DNA from: Alkanindiges illinoisensis DSM 15370
GTDB lineage: Bacteria; Pseudomonadota; Gammaproteobacteria; Pseudomonadales; Moraxellaceae
DNA: 32,000 nt
Direction of reading: 5' to 3'
Assembly: GCF_000619845.1 (NCBI RefSeq)
Contig: NZ_KK211037.1
Span: forward strand, 60,001-92,000
Both the position numbers and the translations under genes were made by a program. The notes beneath the pieces are model-generated. The model saw only the letters and a list, made by a program, of their open reading frames with translations, made no database searches and was not told the DNA's origin. Positions 24,237 through 32,000 of this stretch are shown piece after piece (within the stretch, counting starts at the first letter, position 1; each line of letters starts with the position of its first letter).

Positions 24237-24833
24237 CTAATCGCGGGTCAGATAAGGGTAAGGATTAATAGCACCTTCACCATTACGATAAATGCCGTAA
24301 TGTAGGTGTGGCGGCGTGGTGCGGGCATTGCCGCTATTGCCCACATAACCAACCACATCACCTACCTTGATCCAGTCCCCCTGACTAAACTGGCCATAGG
24401 ATTCAAGATGCGCATAATAATGGCGGCTCATGTCCGGCCCCAGCACCCAGACTACATTACCACCCAGCGTATTGATCCCAACGGACAGGATCAGGCCTTC
24501 TGTAGTACTCAGTACTGGCGTACCACGTTTGGCAAAAATATCCACACCTTCGTGACGACGACCTTGACTGCGGGCTGCCCCCCAGGTATCAACAATTTGC
24601 TGCGGCTTAACCCCTTGTACCGGTACTGGCAACTGCGCTGGCAGCGGTGTTTGCATCAGGTGCAGATATTCCATCGGCAACTGGAACAGACCCGGTTGCT
24701 GGCCTGATTCCGGACGCTGGCATCCGGCAAGGCTGGCTATCAATAGAATAATAATGAACCGGGCAGCCCTATTAGCCTGAGGCCTGGCATAACGCTGCCA
24801 TACAGAAAACTGCATTAATCCGGCATCACCCAA
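24237..24833 (-). CDS. M23-family metallopeptidase lipoprotein (paralog A)
   Basis: HEGVDIFA ... HLHYGIY zinc-ligand motifs and lipobox LIASLAGC. The likely true start is the ATG at 24815-24813 (MQFSVW...). It overlaps the upstream gene's TAA by 1 nt (TAATG). The track's start at 24833 is a TTG. Confidence 0.9.
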   Translation of the reverse strand: MGDAGLMQFSVWQRYARPQANRAARFIIILLIASLAGCQRPESGQQPGLFQLPMEYLHLMQTPLPAQLPVPVQGVKPQQIVDTWGAARSQGRRHEGVDIFAKRGTPVLSTTEGLILSVGINTLGGNVVWVLGPDMSRHYYAHLESYGQFSQGDWIKVGDVVGYVGNSGNARTTPPHLHYGIYRNGEGAINPYPYLTRD

Positions 24834-25069
24834 GTCATCCAGTACTGTTCCCGGATATCCCAGAACTCAAGGCGGCTTAGATCAATCTCATCAAAATTTA
24901 TCCAGTTATCCTGTCCGGATTTTTCATTAAAACCTGTGCTAATCAGCAAGGCATCTTCATTAATTTCCATAATCCAGCCTTGCAGCATTTGGCCGTTTTT
25001 AAGAATAATGCGCTGCTGGTTACCGCATTCGGCAAAATTTGCCATGTGTTCTGCCAGTTGAATGGACAT
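24815..25069 (-). CDS. Small cytoplasmic protein of unknown function, between the two M23 genes
   Basis: 84 aa with no signal peptide and a beta-rich pattern (RIILKNGQMLQGWIMEINEDALLISTG). An AGGG Shine-Dalgarno lies upstream. It is translationally coupled to the downstream M23 gene. Confidence 0.55.
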   Translation of the reverse strand: MSIQLAEHMANFAECGNQQRIILKNGQMLQGWIMEINEDALLISTGFNEKSGQDNWINFDEIDLSRLEFWDIREQYWMTWVMPD

Positions 25070-25110
25070 GCTAAACCCTAATATGAAGTGTTTTAAAACC
25101 AGAACCTGTT

Positions 25111-25716
25111 TCAGGACCTGAATAAATACAAAAACGGATTAACCGCACCACGACCCTTGCCACTCAGGTAAATTCCGTAATGCAAATGCGGTGAGCCCCC
25201 GCGCGCATTGCCGGTATTGCCGACATAGCCAATCACCTGGCCCTTCTTGACCCGGTCACCAACATTCAGGCCACGCTTGTGCTTGTCGAGATGCGCATAA
25301 TAATGATAGCTACCTGCCGGGCCTGCGATCCAGATCACTTTTCCACCTAAATTGTTATTGCGCATGTCCACCACAATTCCAGTGGTGGCACTCAACACCT
25401 TGGTGCCGCGCTCCGCCATGATATCAATGCCTTCATGGCGACGTCCCTGACTGCGGGCTGCGCCCCAGGTATCCTTCAACTGATAGGCTTTGATGCCTTT
25501 AACAGGGATGGGCAAACGCTCGGGCAACGGAATGGTACGCAGCTCATTAATTTGTGCTTGCGCAGCAGGTGGCAAGGGTTTTTTCTTGGGAGTAGAGGCA
25601 CAGCCTGCCAGTATGATCAGTCCAGCAATCATCAACCAGCGTGATAAGGTGGTTAGAAAACTTGCCTTAGTAAAACTATAAATAGCAGGAGTAGCGGTTA
25701 AAACATGATCCTTCAT
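25111..25716 (-). CDS. M23-family metallopeptidase lipoprotein (paralog B)
   Basis: HEGIDIMA ... HLHYGIY motifs and lipobox IILAGC. It is clearly paralogous to 24237-24833 (shared DTWGAARSQGRRHEG, YYAHL, GYVGN[ST]GNAR). Confidence 0.9.
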   Translation of the reverse strand: MKDHVLTATPAIYSFTKASFLTTLSRWLMIAGLIILAGCASTPKKKPLPPAAQAQINELRTIPLPERLPIPVKGIKAYQLKDTWGAARSQGRRHEGIDIMAERGTKVLSATTGIVVDMRNNNLGGKVIWIAGPAGSYHYYAHLDKHKRGLNVGDRVKKGQVIGYVGNTGNARGGSPHLHYGIYLSGKGRGAVNPFLYLFRS

Positions 25717-25814
25717 TGATCACTAAATTCCATGCAGCAAATTCATGTAAAGATCATAACGTGCTGCACTACGGAATCCCACTTAAAAAGCTAGTCGGCA
25801 GGCTAAATAGTCAA

Positions 25815-26888
25815 TCATTCCTGTTGTTCCAGTACTTTCAGCATGGCTTTTGGAATTCCCTTATCCACTGCTTGTTGTTTATCCAGCCATTGGTTCTGTC
25901 CACAAAAATCTTGTATAGCAGTACATTGATCTAATGGAACACTGAACTTTTTGACATTTAAAAACCATGTAAAATGAGTAAAAGAATGTTTAATGATTAG
26001 ATTACTCTGCTGAGTTTCTTCAAGCGCAAAATACTGAGTGATTCTTGATAGTTGATTTTGGCTTTCAAGAATAGGCAGGCAATACAGACCACCCCACAAG
26101 CCTTCATTTGGACGCTGTTGCCACAACCATTGCCCTGTTTCTCTATTTTCCAGAATAATCACAAACGCCTGTTTTTCTGGTGTAGCTTTGGCCGCCTTTT
26201 TTTGCGGAAAATCCAGTACCCGGTTTTGCTGATAAGCCTTGCAATCCTCACGCACCGGGCAATACAGGCACAAGGGTTTTTTACTGGTGCAAATGGTCGC
26301 ACCCAGATCCATAATCGCTTGCGTATAATCAGCATTACGCTGTTGGGGGGTAAGCTGTGTGGCCAGTTGCCAAAGCTGTGCTATAACAGGTGTAGACATA
26401 CTGTCGCCTGCAATCGCCTGATGCCGACTCAGCACCCGCTTGACATTGCCATCCATAATTACGCCATATTGCTGTAAGCCCAAAGACATCAGCGCCCCTG
26501 CGGTAGAGCGGCCAATACCCGATAGCGCCATCCAGCCATCTAATGTCGTTGGAAAGCCGCCTTGAGCCACCACCTGTTGAGCCGCCTTGTGCAGGTTACG
26601 CGCCCGTGCATAATAGCCAAGTCCTGCCCAATACGGCGCAACGTCGTCCCAACTGGCCTGTGCCAGTGCTTCAACGGTGGGGAAACGCTGCATGAAGCGG
26701 TCAAAGTAATTCAGCACCGTTTTGACCTGAGTTTGTTGCAGCATGATTTCCGACACCCAGACCTTGTAGGGATGTTTGTATGGATAATCGCGAACCTGCC
26801 ATGGCAAATCGTGGCGACCATGCTGGTCAAACCAGTCCAGCAGGCGTGTGGCAAAATCAGCAGATTGTTCGGTCAGAGTCGGGTTCAA
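25815..26888 (-). CDS. mutY: A/G-specific adenine DNA glycosylase
   Basis: LPWQ...YKVWVSEIMLQQTQVKTV (HhH-GPD domain), Fe-S cluster cysteines CTSKKPLCLYCPVREDC, and a C-terminal NUDIX-like domain. Confidence 0.95.
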   Translation of the reverse strand: MNPTLTEQSADFATRLLDWFDQHGRHDLPWQVRDYPYKHPYKVWVSEIMLQQTQVKTVLNYFDRFMQRFPTVEALAQASWDDVAPYWAGLGYYARARNLHKAAQQVVAQGGFPTTLDGWMALSGIGRSTAGALMSLGLQQYGVIMDGNVKRVLSRHQAIAGDSMSTPVIAQLWQLATQLTPQQRNADYTQAIMDLGATICTSKKPLCLYCPVREDCKAYQQNRVLDFPQKKAAKATPEKQAFVIILENRETGQWLWQQRPNEGLWGGLYCLPILESQNQLSRITQYFALEETQQSNLIIKHSFTHFTWFLNVKKFSVPLDQCTAIQDFCGQNQWLDKQQAVDKGIPKAMLKVLEQQE

Positions 26889-26989
26889 GCGGGTAGTACC
26901 TGTTTTAAACTTAATTATAAAATGCAGGCTATTAATGGGGGCGAACCAGAAACCCTCAAGGACAATTACCAGATAATAAGATAGCTATT

Positions 26990-27472
26990 ATGAATATGCT
27001 TTTAACCAATTTAAGCACGAGTCCCCAGCACTTTAAAAAGCCTTATGATACTGATTATAGAGAGCTTTTAATGGATATTTGTGATCAATTAGCAGAAACA
27101 GCACAATTTAAATTATGTGTTTGTGATGATATAGCGTGGAATGTTGATGTAAGAACTGACTTGGCCGTTTTTCTGGAGCACGTCCCAAGTGCTATTAATT
27201 CTTTAAAATTAGGTGAAAAAACGATCATCAGTCTTTATGAACAAGGGGTAGAAACGAATATTATCCTTATTCCCCATCATAAAAATTGCTATATCACCTG
27301 TGAGCCTTTAATTGAGTGGGCCAGAACGCAGTGGGTTCCAAAATTTTGTGAAATTGAAGACTTGGAACACCTCATCTTAAAATTAGAAGTTTTTTTAAAG
27401 CAGTTTTTAGCGCTTTCACCATTCTTACTGGAATATAAGGAAATTAATGAGTGGTTGCAGGCTAAGCTTTAA
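26990..27472 (+). CDS. Hypothetical cytoplasmic protein (orphan) in an AT-rich islet
   Basis: 160-aa ORF at about 35% GC by eye. No signal peptide, no TM segment and no recognised motifs. Confidence 0.5.
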   Translation: MNMLLTNLSTSPQHFKKPYDTDYRELLMDICDQLAETAQFKLCVCDDIAWNVDVRTDLAVFLEHVPSAINSLKLGEKTIISLYEQGVETNIILIPHHKNCYITCEPLIEWARTQWVPKFCEIEDLEHLILKLEVFLKQFLALSPFLLEYKEINEWLQAKL

Positions 27473-27617
27473 GTGACGCATTACTAGAGAAGATTAGAGT
27501 TTGATTTATTTAAATTTAATATAAATGGAGAAGATGATTGCATTAAAAGTGACCCTGATATTGCCCAGAGTCACGGTCTTTGCATCAATGGCTTAGATAG
27601 GTTACACCCACACTGGA

Positions 27618-28361
27618 TTATTTAAAAATTCGCTCAAAAAATGCCAGCATGGCCTGACCGGATTTCTCGGCAGCCTGCGCGTTAAAGCCCAGATCAATGC
27701 CATTCAGACGCGCACGGTCATCAGCCACCGGATTGGTAAAGCCATGCTTGGCACCCGGATACACATCCACATGATAGCGCACTTGTGCTGCATCCATTTC
27801 CTGCCTGAACTGCTCCAGACTTTCCATGGAAACCATGCTGTCTTCTGCGCCATGTTCAATTAACAACTCGGCTTTTACCTGACCGACTTTGGCAGGTAAT
27901 TTAGGGCTTAAGTTGCCATGAAAGCTCACCACGCCCTTTAAGTCATAACCTTCGCGTGCCATGTCCAGGGCAATCTTGCCGCCAAAGCAAAAGCCAATGG
28001 CTGCCATGCGGCTTTCATCCACTTCAGCTTGTGCCGCCAGAAAATCAAGGCCTGCCTTGGCGCGTTGCATCAGCAAGTCCTGATTGGCCAGCAGGTCACT
28101 CATCCATTCATTGGCCTGACTGGCCTGATCGGTCACCTTGCCATCGCCGTACACATCAATAGCCAGTGCCGCGTAACCCTGTGCTGCCAGTTCCTCAGCA
28201 CGTTGCTTGGGATATGCGGTCAGTCCCCACCATTCCGGGCAAACAATAATGCCGGGAACAGCGCCGTTGGTTTCTTTCGGTAGCGCTAGATGTCCAACCA
28301 GCGTCGTCCCTTCAGGGGATGTATAACGGATTTCACGTGATTCAATTGCAGGCTGTGCCAT
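27618..28361 (-). CDS. Dienelactone hydrolase family protein
   Basis: Alpha/beta-hydrolase with the DLH-type nucleophile motif IGFCFGG and a C-terminal GAKHGF. 247 aa. Confidence 0.9.
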   Translation of the reverse strand: MAQPAIESREIRYTSPEGTTLVGHLALPKETNGAVPGIIVCPEWWGLTAYPKQRAEELAAQGYAALAIDVYGDGKVTDQASQANEWMSDLLANQDLLMQRAKAGLDFLAAQAEVDESRMAAIGFCFGGKIALDMAREGYDLKGVVSFHGNLSPKLPAKVGQVKAELLIEHGAEDSMVSMESLEQFRQEMDAAQVRYHVDVYPGAKHGFTNPVADDRARLNGIDLGFNAQAAEKSGQAMLAFFERIFK

Positions 28362-28495
28362 GGATCATTCTCCAGTAAGCTGTTTTTATTAAATAAAACG
28401 CCCAACAGTCTACCCAAAAACCTGTGCCTGCAAGTACAGTTTGCACGGCCTTTTTGAGTTGAAAATGTTACCTTTACATGATAAGTGCCGTCTGG

Positions 28496-29998
28496 TTAGC
28501 CTTCAGCCACTTCACCGGCATGTTGATCCAGCAGGTATTCATTTAAGTTAAAATGGCTAAGCTGCTGGCGCATTTTAAAGGTTGTCCATGGCCATACGGT
28601 GCTGTTACGGCCATTACGGTCAATAAAATAGCTGCTGCATCCACCACTGTTCCAGACGGTATTTTTTAAGGCGTCCTGCACGCGACTGTTAAAAGCAGCA
28701 ATACGTTCCGGGTCTGGCTCAATACTACGAATGTCATGCTGGCGGGCCTGCCGGATCGCATCCATGATATAGGCCAGTTGCGCTTCAATAATAATAAATG
28801 CTGAGGAACTCACGGCAATATTGGGGCCAAACATCAAAAAGCCGTTAGGACAGTCAGCCACCATGGTACCCATGTAACCTTGCGGACTGCCTTGCCAGAC
28901 ATCAGCCATGTTTTGCCCGTGCCGGTTATAAATACGCTGGGCAATCGGTGGCTCGGCAATTTCAAAGCCGGTTCCCAGAATAATTACATCTGCTTCAGTA
29001 CTGCTGCCATCTGCTGCAATCAGGGTATTACCGCGGATTTCCTGCAAGCCACTGGCAATGACCTCAACATTGGGCTGTGCCAGTGCCGGATACCAGTCAT
29101 TGGATTGCAGCACGCGCTTGCAGCCAATCACATAATTGGGCGTTAGCTTGCGGCGCAAGGTTGGGTCTTTAATGGCATAGTGAAGGTTAAAACGAGCCAG
29201 ACGCTGGAACTGTCGCATGGCAGCGGGGCTTTGCATGCCGCCGTTTAGGCTTTCAAAAATCGCATAGACCGTGCTGCGCATGGCTTGCTGGGTTAAGGGC
29301 AGGAAGCGGAATAACTGCTGTACGGGTTTGGGCAGGCTGCTGTCCATCTTGGGCAATACCCAGTGTGGCGTGCGCTGAAAAACGCTGAGCTGTTTTACCC
29401 TGGGCTGGATCTGTGGCACAAACTGAATGGCCGACGCCCCAGTGCCAATGACTGCCACCCGCTTGCCACTTAAGTCAATGTCATGGCGCCAGCGTGAGGA
29501 GTGAAAAATCTCGCCACCAAAGCTGTCAATGCCTTTTACCTTGGGAAACACTGGCTCATGCATGGGGCCACAGGCCATGATCACAAAGCGCGCACAAAAT
29601 TCACCCTGATTGGTAGCAACCGTCCAGCAATCTGTGGTATCCGACCAGTGTGCCGACAGCACTTCATGGCCAAAGCGCACATGCGGCATGACCGCGTAGT
29701 GCTCGGCAGTATCTTGCAGGTATTGCTTGATTTCTGCCTGCCCGGCAAATACCCGGCTCCAGTGCGGATTAGGTGCAAAGGAATAGGAATACAGGCTGGA
29801 GGGCACATCACAGGCACAGCCCGGATAGGTGTTTTCACGCCATACACCGCCCAGTTCAGCGGCTTTTTCCAGCAAAATAAAATTTTTAATTCCGGCCTGC
29901 TTAAGCTGAATGGCTGCGCCAAGCCCGGCAAAACCGCCGCCCATCACAATGACTTCATAGCAGGGACTGGCCGACAATTTAGTAAAATTATTCATCAT
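28496..29998 (-). CDS. Flavin-dependent (Baeyer-Villiger/FMO-type) monooxygenase
   Basis: FAD Rossmann motif GGGFAGLG, second Rossmann motif GTGASAIQ, and the BVMO-like fingerprint FGGEIFHSSRW (FxGxxxHxxxW). Confidence 0.9.
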   Translation of the reverse strand: MMNNFTKLSASPCYEVIVMGGGFAGLGAAIQLKQAGIKNFILLEKAAELGGVWRENTYPGCACDVPSSLYSYSFAPNPHWSRVFAGQAEIKQYLQDTAEHYAVMPHVRFGHEVLSAHWSDTTDCWTVATNQGEFCARFVIMACGPMHEPVFPKVKGIDSFGGEIFHSSRWRHDIDLSGKRVAVIGTGASAIQFVPQIQPRVKQLSVFQRTPHWVLPKMDSSLPKPVQQLFRFLPLTQQAMRSTVYAIFESLNGGMQSPAAMRQFQRLARFNLHYAIKDPTLRRKLTPNYVIGCKRVLQSNDWYPALAQPNVEVIASGLQEIRGNTLIAADGSSTEADVIILGTGFEIAEPPIAQRIYNRHGQNMADVWQGSPQGYMGTMVADCPNGFLMFGPNIAVSSSAFIIIEAQLAYIMDAIRQARQHDIRSIEPDPERIAAFNSRVQDALKNTVWNSGGCSSYFIDRNGRNSTVWPWTTFKMRQQLSHFNLNEYLLDQHAGEVAEG

Positions 29999-30270
29999 GT
30001 CTCTCAGGATTTATTATTCAGGTTCAGTGCAACAGATATTAAAACCCCAGCAGCAAAAAATATAGTGACATGGCTGCTGGTAATATTCAAAATCCGGAAG
30101 CATCGTTTTTAGGCCATAGGCGGCATTCTTTGCCAATTACATGCAGTATTATTGATAAATGCGTCTTTTAGCTGCAAAGTTTCAATATAGGAATTTAATA
30201 ATAAAAATAACCGCACTTAGATTCGATGTTAGAAAATGAGAAAAAGAGGCGCTTAAAAAGTACAAATAGC

Positions 30271-30292
30271 AAAAAAGCGACCTAGGCCGCTT
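30271..30292 (-). terminator. Rho-independent terminator of the DUF1328 gene
   Basis: The minus strand reads AAGCGGCCTAGGTCGCTTTTTTGC. The stem AGCGGCC/GGTCGCT has one mismatch and is followed by T6. Confidence 0.55.
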
Positions 30293-30363
30293 CTTTGTCT
30301 GGTTCACTTGATCATGTAAGACATAATCACAAAAACCTTTTGTTTTTACAGGGAATCTGCGGG

Positions 30364-30525
30364 TTAAGGCATTCTGCCACGGCTAACAAAGGCCACCACA
30401 GCCAGAATAATAGCCACAACCAGGAAGATGATAGCAAAGTCTTGAGACAGACCGGCTACACCACCGAAACCTAACAAGCTTGCAATTAAGGCGATAACTG
30501 CAAAAATGATTGCCCAACGAAACAT
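30364..30525 (-). CDS. UPF0391/DUF1328 small membrane protein (YtjA-like)
   Basis: Hand translation gives [53 protein letters not shown] (53 aa), which matches the conserved MFRWA...LLGFGG signature. It falls below the ORF track's length cut-off. Confidence 0.8.
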   Translation of the reverse strand: MFRWAIIFAVIALIASLLGFGGVAGLSQDFAIIFLVVAIILAVVAFVSRGRMP

Positions 30526-30827
30526 GATGAATTCTCCATTTATAAAATTTGTTTTTTTAATATAAGCGCTTAAAAAAATTGGGCTGTTTATTTTGTGTTC
30601 GGTTTTACACGCTTATGTTGCGCTTTGAAATAAACAGAAACATCCTGAATTTCTAAATAATTATTTTTATTATCAATGAATTAATTAAAATAATGGTTGA
30701 GCTAACCGTGAAACAAAGCTTACAGGAGGTGAACACTTTGGGACAGCCGTTTGCACAGCTTAACCCAACTAAAATAGTCCACCCACTGATATACTGCTGA
30801 GCTTATCAGTTTTGTATCTAAATATGA

Positions 30828-31472
30828 CTAATTCTTTGCGTTAGGCTTATGGTTTGGCCAGTACTGGCGCAGCATTTCCAGCACCGCAGGCAACATGCTA
30901 ATGCCAATAATGGCAAAAATGACGTAGGTAAAGTTATCCTTGATTACCGGCAAATTGCCAAAAAAGTAACCCAGCCACACAAATGACAGAATCCATGCAG
31001 CACCGCCAATCACGTTAAACATTAAAAAACGTGAATACTGCATGTGGCTAACCCCGGCAATAAAAGGGGCAAAGGTGCGGATAATTGGCAGGAAGCGGGC
31101 AAAAATAATGGTCTTGCCGCCATGTTTTTCAAAAAATGACTGGGTTTTTAGCAAATGGTCGCGCTTGATAAAACGCAGGTTCATGCTAAACACACGCGGG
31201 CCAATGTAGCGGCCAATCTGGTAATTAAGAGAGTCCCCCATCACCGCAGCAACAAATAACAGGATGCTGAGCAGTACCGGGTCCATTGCACCAGTAGCAG
31301 CAATTGCACCAGCTGCAAACAGCAGGCTGTCACCGGGAAGAAGTGGCATAACCACCAGGCCGGTTTCCACAAAAATAATCAAAAACAGGATGGCATACAC
31401 CCAGGTGCCGTAATCACGAACAAATTCAAGCAGGTGCTGGTCAACATGCAGGATAAAATCAATCAGTTCCAT
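30828..31472 (-). CDS. DedA-family inner membrane protein
   Basis: LPGDSLLFAAG ... GDSLNYQIGRYIG ... IIFARFLPIIRTFAPFIAG are DedA/SNARE-associated family motifs. 214 aa. Confidence 0.92.
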   Translation of the reverse strand: MELIDFILHVDQHLLEFVRDYGTWVYAILFLIIFVETGLVVMPLLPGDSLLFAAGAIAATGAMDPVLLSILLFVAAVMGDSLNYQIGRYIGPRVFSMNLRFIKRDHLLKTQSFFEKHGGKTIIFARFLPIIRTFAPFIAGVSHMQYSRFLMFNVIGGAAWILSFVWLGYFFGNLPVIKDNFTYVIFAIIGISMLPAVLEMLRQYWPNHKPNAKN

Positions 31473-31672
31473 TCAGGCGGCATCAGGTAAAATTTGCATC
31501 AGATGCTAGCAATAGTCTGCCGGACTGTCATTAACTTGTCTGGGGGAATACAAAATAAATAAGACTGGCTTAATCCTGAGCACAGTTAAGATTTAAGCCG
31601 GACAGGAAAATCAGTGATTAGTAAATGTTTTAAGAGTCTGATTATTGAGTAAAGATAAATCGAATCAACTAG

Positions 31673-32000
31673 CTATAAATCACGATTGGCCATGTGGCGT
31701 GAACCGGCAATGATCATGTGAATCATGTCCACGGTCTGGGTCAGGATGCGGTTCTGGCTGTCGCTATCTTGTTCCATGGCATTGGCACCCATGGCAAACA
31801 CCAGCCGGGTAATGGCCTTGGCCACCAGCTCGGGCGCATACAACTGGTTGCCATGCAATTGTTCCAGCCGTACCAAATCTTCTTTAAGCTCAGTTTCAAA
31901 AAAGCAGAGCTGCTGTTCCACGGCCTGCTTGAAGGCTGCCGAGCCAACTTTTCCCTCACGCAATAACAGCGGCAGGTTGCCTTGTTCTAGCCGCAACTGT
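31673..32000 (-). CDS. Hypothetical protein, C-terminal part only (the ORF is open to the right edge). Possibly the ligand-binding half of a TetR-like regulator.
   Basis: The track's 'start' is a TTG 4 nt from the window edge, so the gene almost certainly continues off-window. The content is all-helical. The family assignment is a guess. Confidence 0.4.
   Translation of the reverse strand, partial: QLRLEQGNLPLLLREGKVGSAAFKQAVEQQLCFFETELKEDLVRLEQLHGNQLYAPELVAKAITRLVFAMGANAMEQDSDSQNRILTQTVDMIHMIIAGSRHMANRDL

Noticed and set aside
25716-25934. 72-aa plus-strand ORF between the M23 gene and mutY
   Set aside because: It overlaps the 3' end of mutY antisense, begins with a TTG start codon, has low-complexity content and matches no motif.
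22325-26888. tag and mutY lying within about 4 kb of each other, as a possible DNA-repair island
   Set aside because: They are separated by unrelated genes (a hydroxylase and the M23 peptidase operon) and form separate transcription units. Both are common core genes, so proximity is most simply coincidence.
29501-30112. 203-aa plus-strand ORF
   Set aside because: It is antisense to the monooxygenase gene, whose FAD-binding N-terminus is encoded on the minus strand here. It has no independent support.

Overview
The window looks like a chromosomal segment of a gammaproteobacterium, about 50% GC by eye. The gene set resembles Pseudomonadales or Moraxellaceae: dnaJ stands alone without dnaK and lies near dapB. 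Most of the window is housekeeping or ordinary accessory metabolism. From left to right this comprises ppc (truncated at the left edge and absent from the ORF track), an HD-domain protein, a TetR regulator with a two-gene RND efflux pump, DUF1810, a PQQ-type sugar dehydrogenase, dnaJ, dapB, a START-like protein, a trypsin-like protease with a GlyGly-CTERM tail, a Zn alcohol dehydrogenase, tag, a fatty-acid-hydroxylase-family protein, two M23 peptidases, mutY, a dienelactone hydrolase, a Baeyer-Villiger-type monooxygenase, a small DUF1328 gene (also absent from the track), dedA, and a partial ORF at the right edge. The best candidate for something undescribed is a roughly 5.4-kb block inserted between dnaJ and dapB (about 12977-18355). 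It encodes four things: a GT2 glycosyltransferase with a helical-repeat C-terminal half; a stand-alone phage-tail-collar (MdpB-like) protein; a small protein made only of two tandem LuxR-type HTH domains, whose first domain is split by a frameshift; and an 886-aa lipoprotein. The lipoprotein has nearly proline-free, uncharged G-A-T collagen-like runs, interrupted seven times by a conserved 'GDFYID...LYGPK...W' module and ending in a C1q/BclA-like head. The block contains no integrase, tRNA or phage structural genes. I read it as a possible glycosylated surface-fibre system built from phage-fibre-like parts, but that function is inference only. Secondary points are: two AT-rich single-gene orphan islets (9251-9967 and 26990-27472); an M23 / 84-aa / M23 operon with translational coupling; twin perfect palindromes upstream of the HD gene; and a sigma-32-like promoter for dnaJ. 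All calls come from reading the translations and the DNA by eye. No searches were run.
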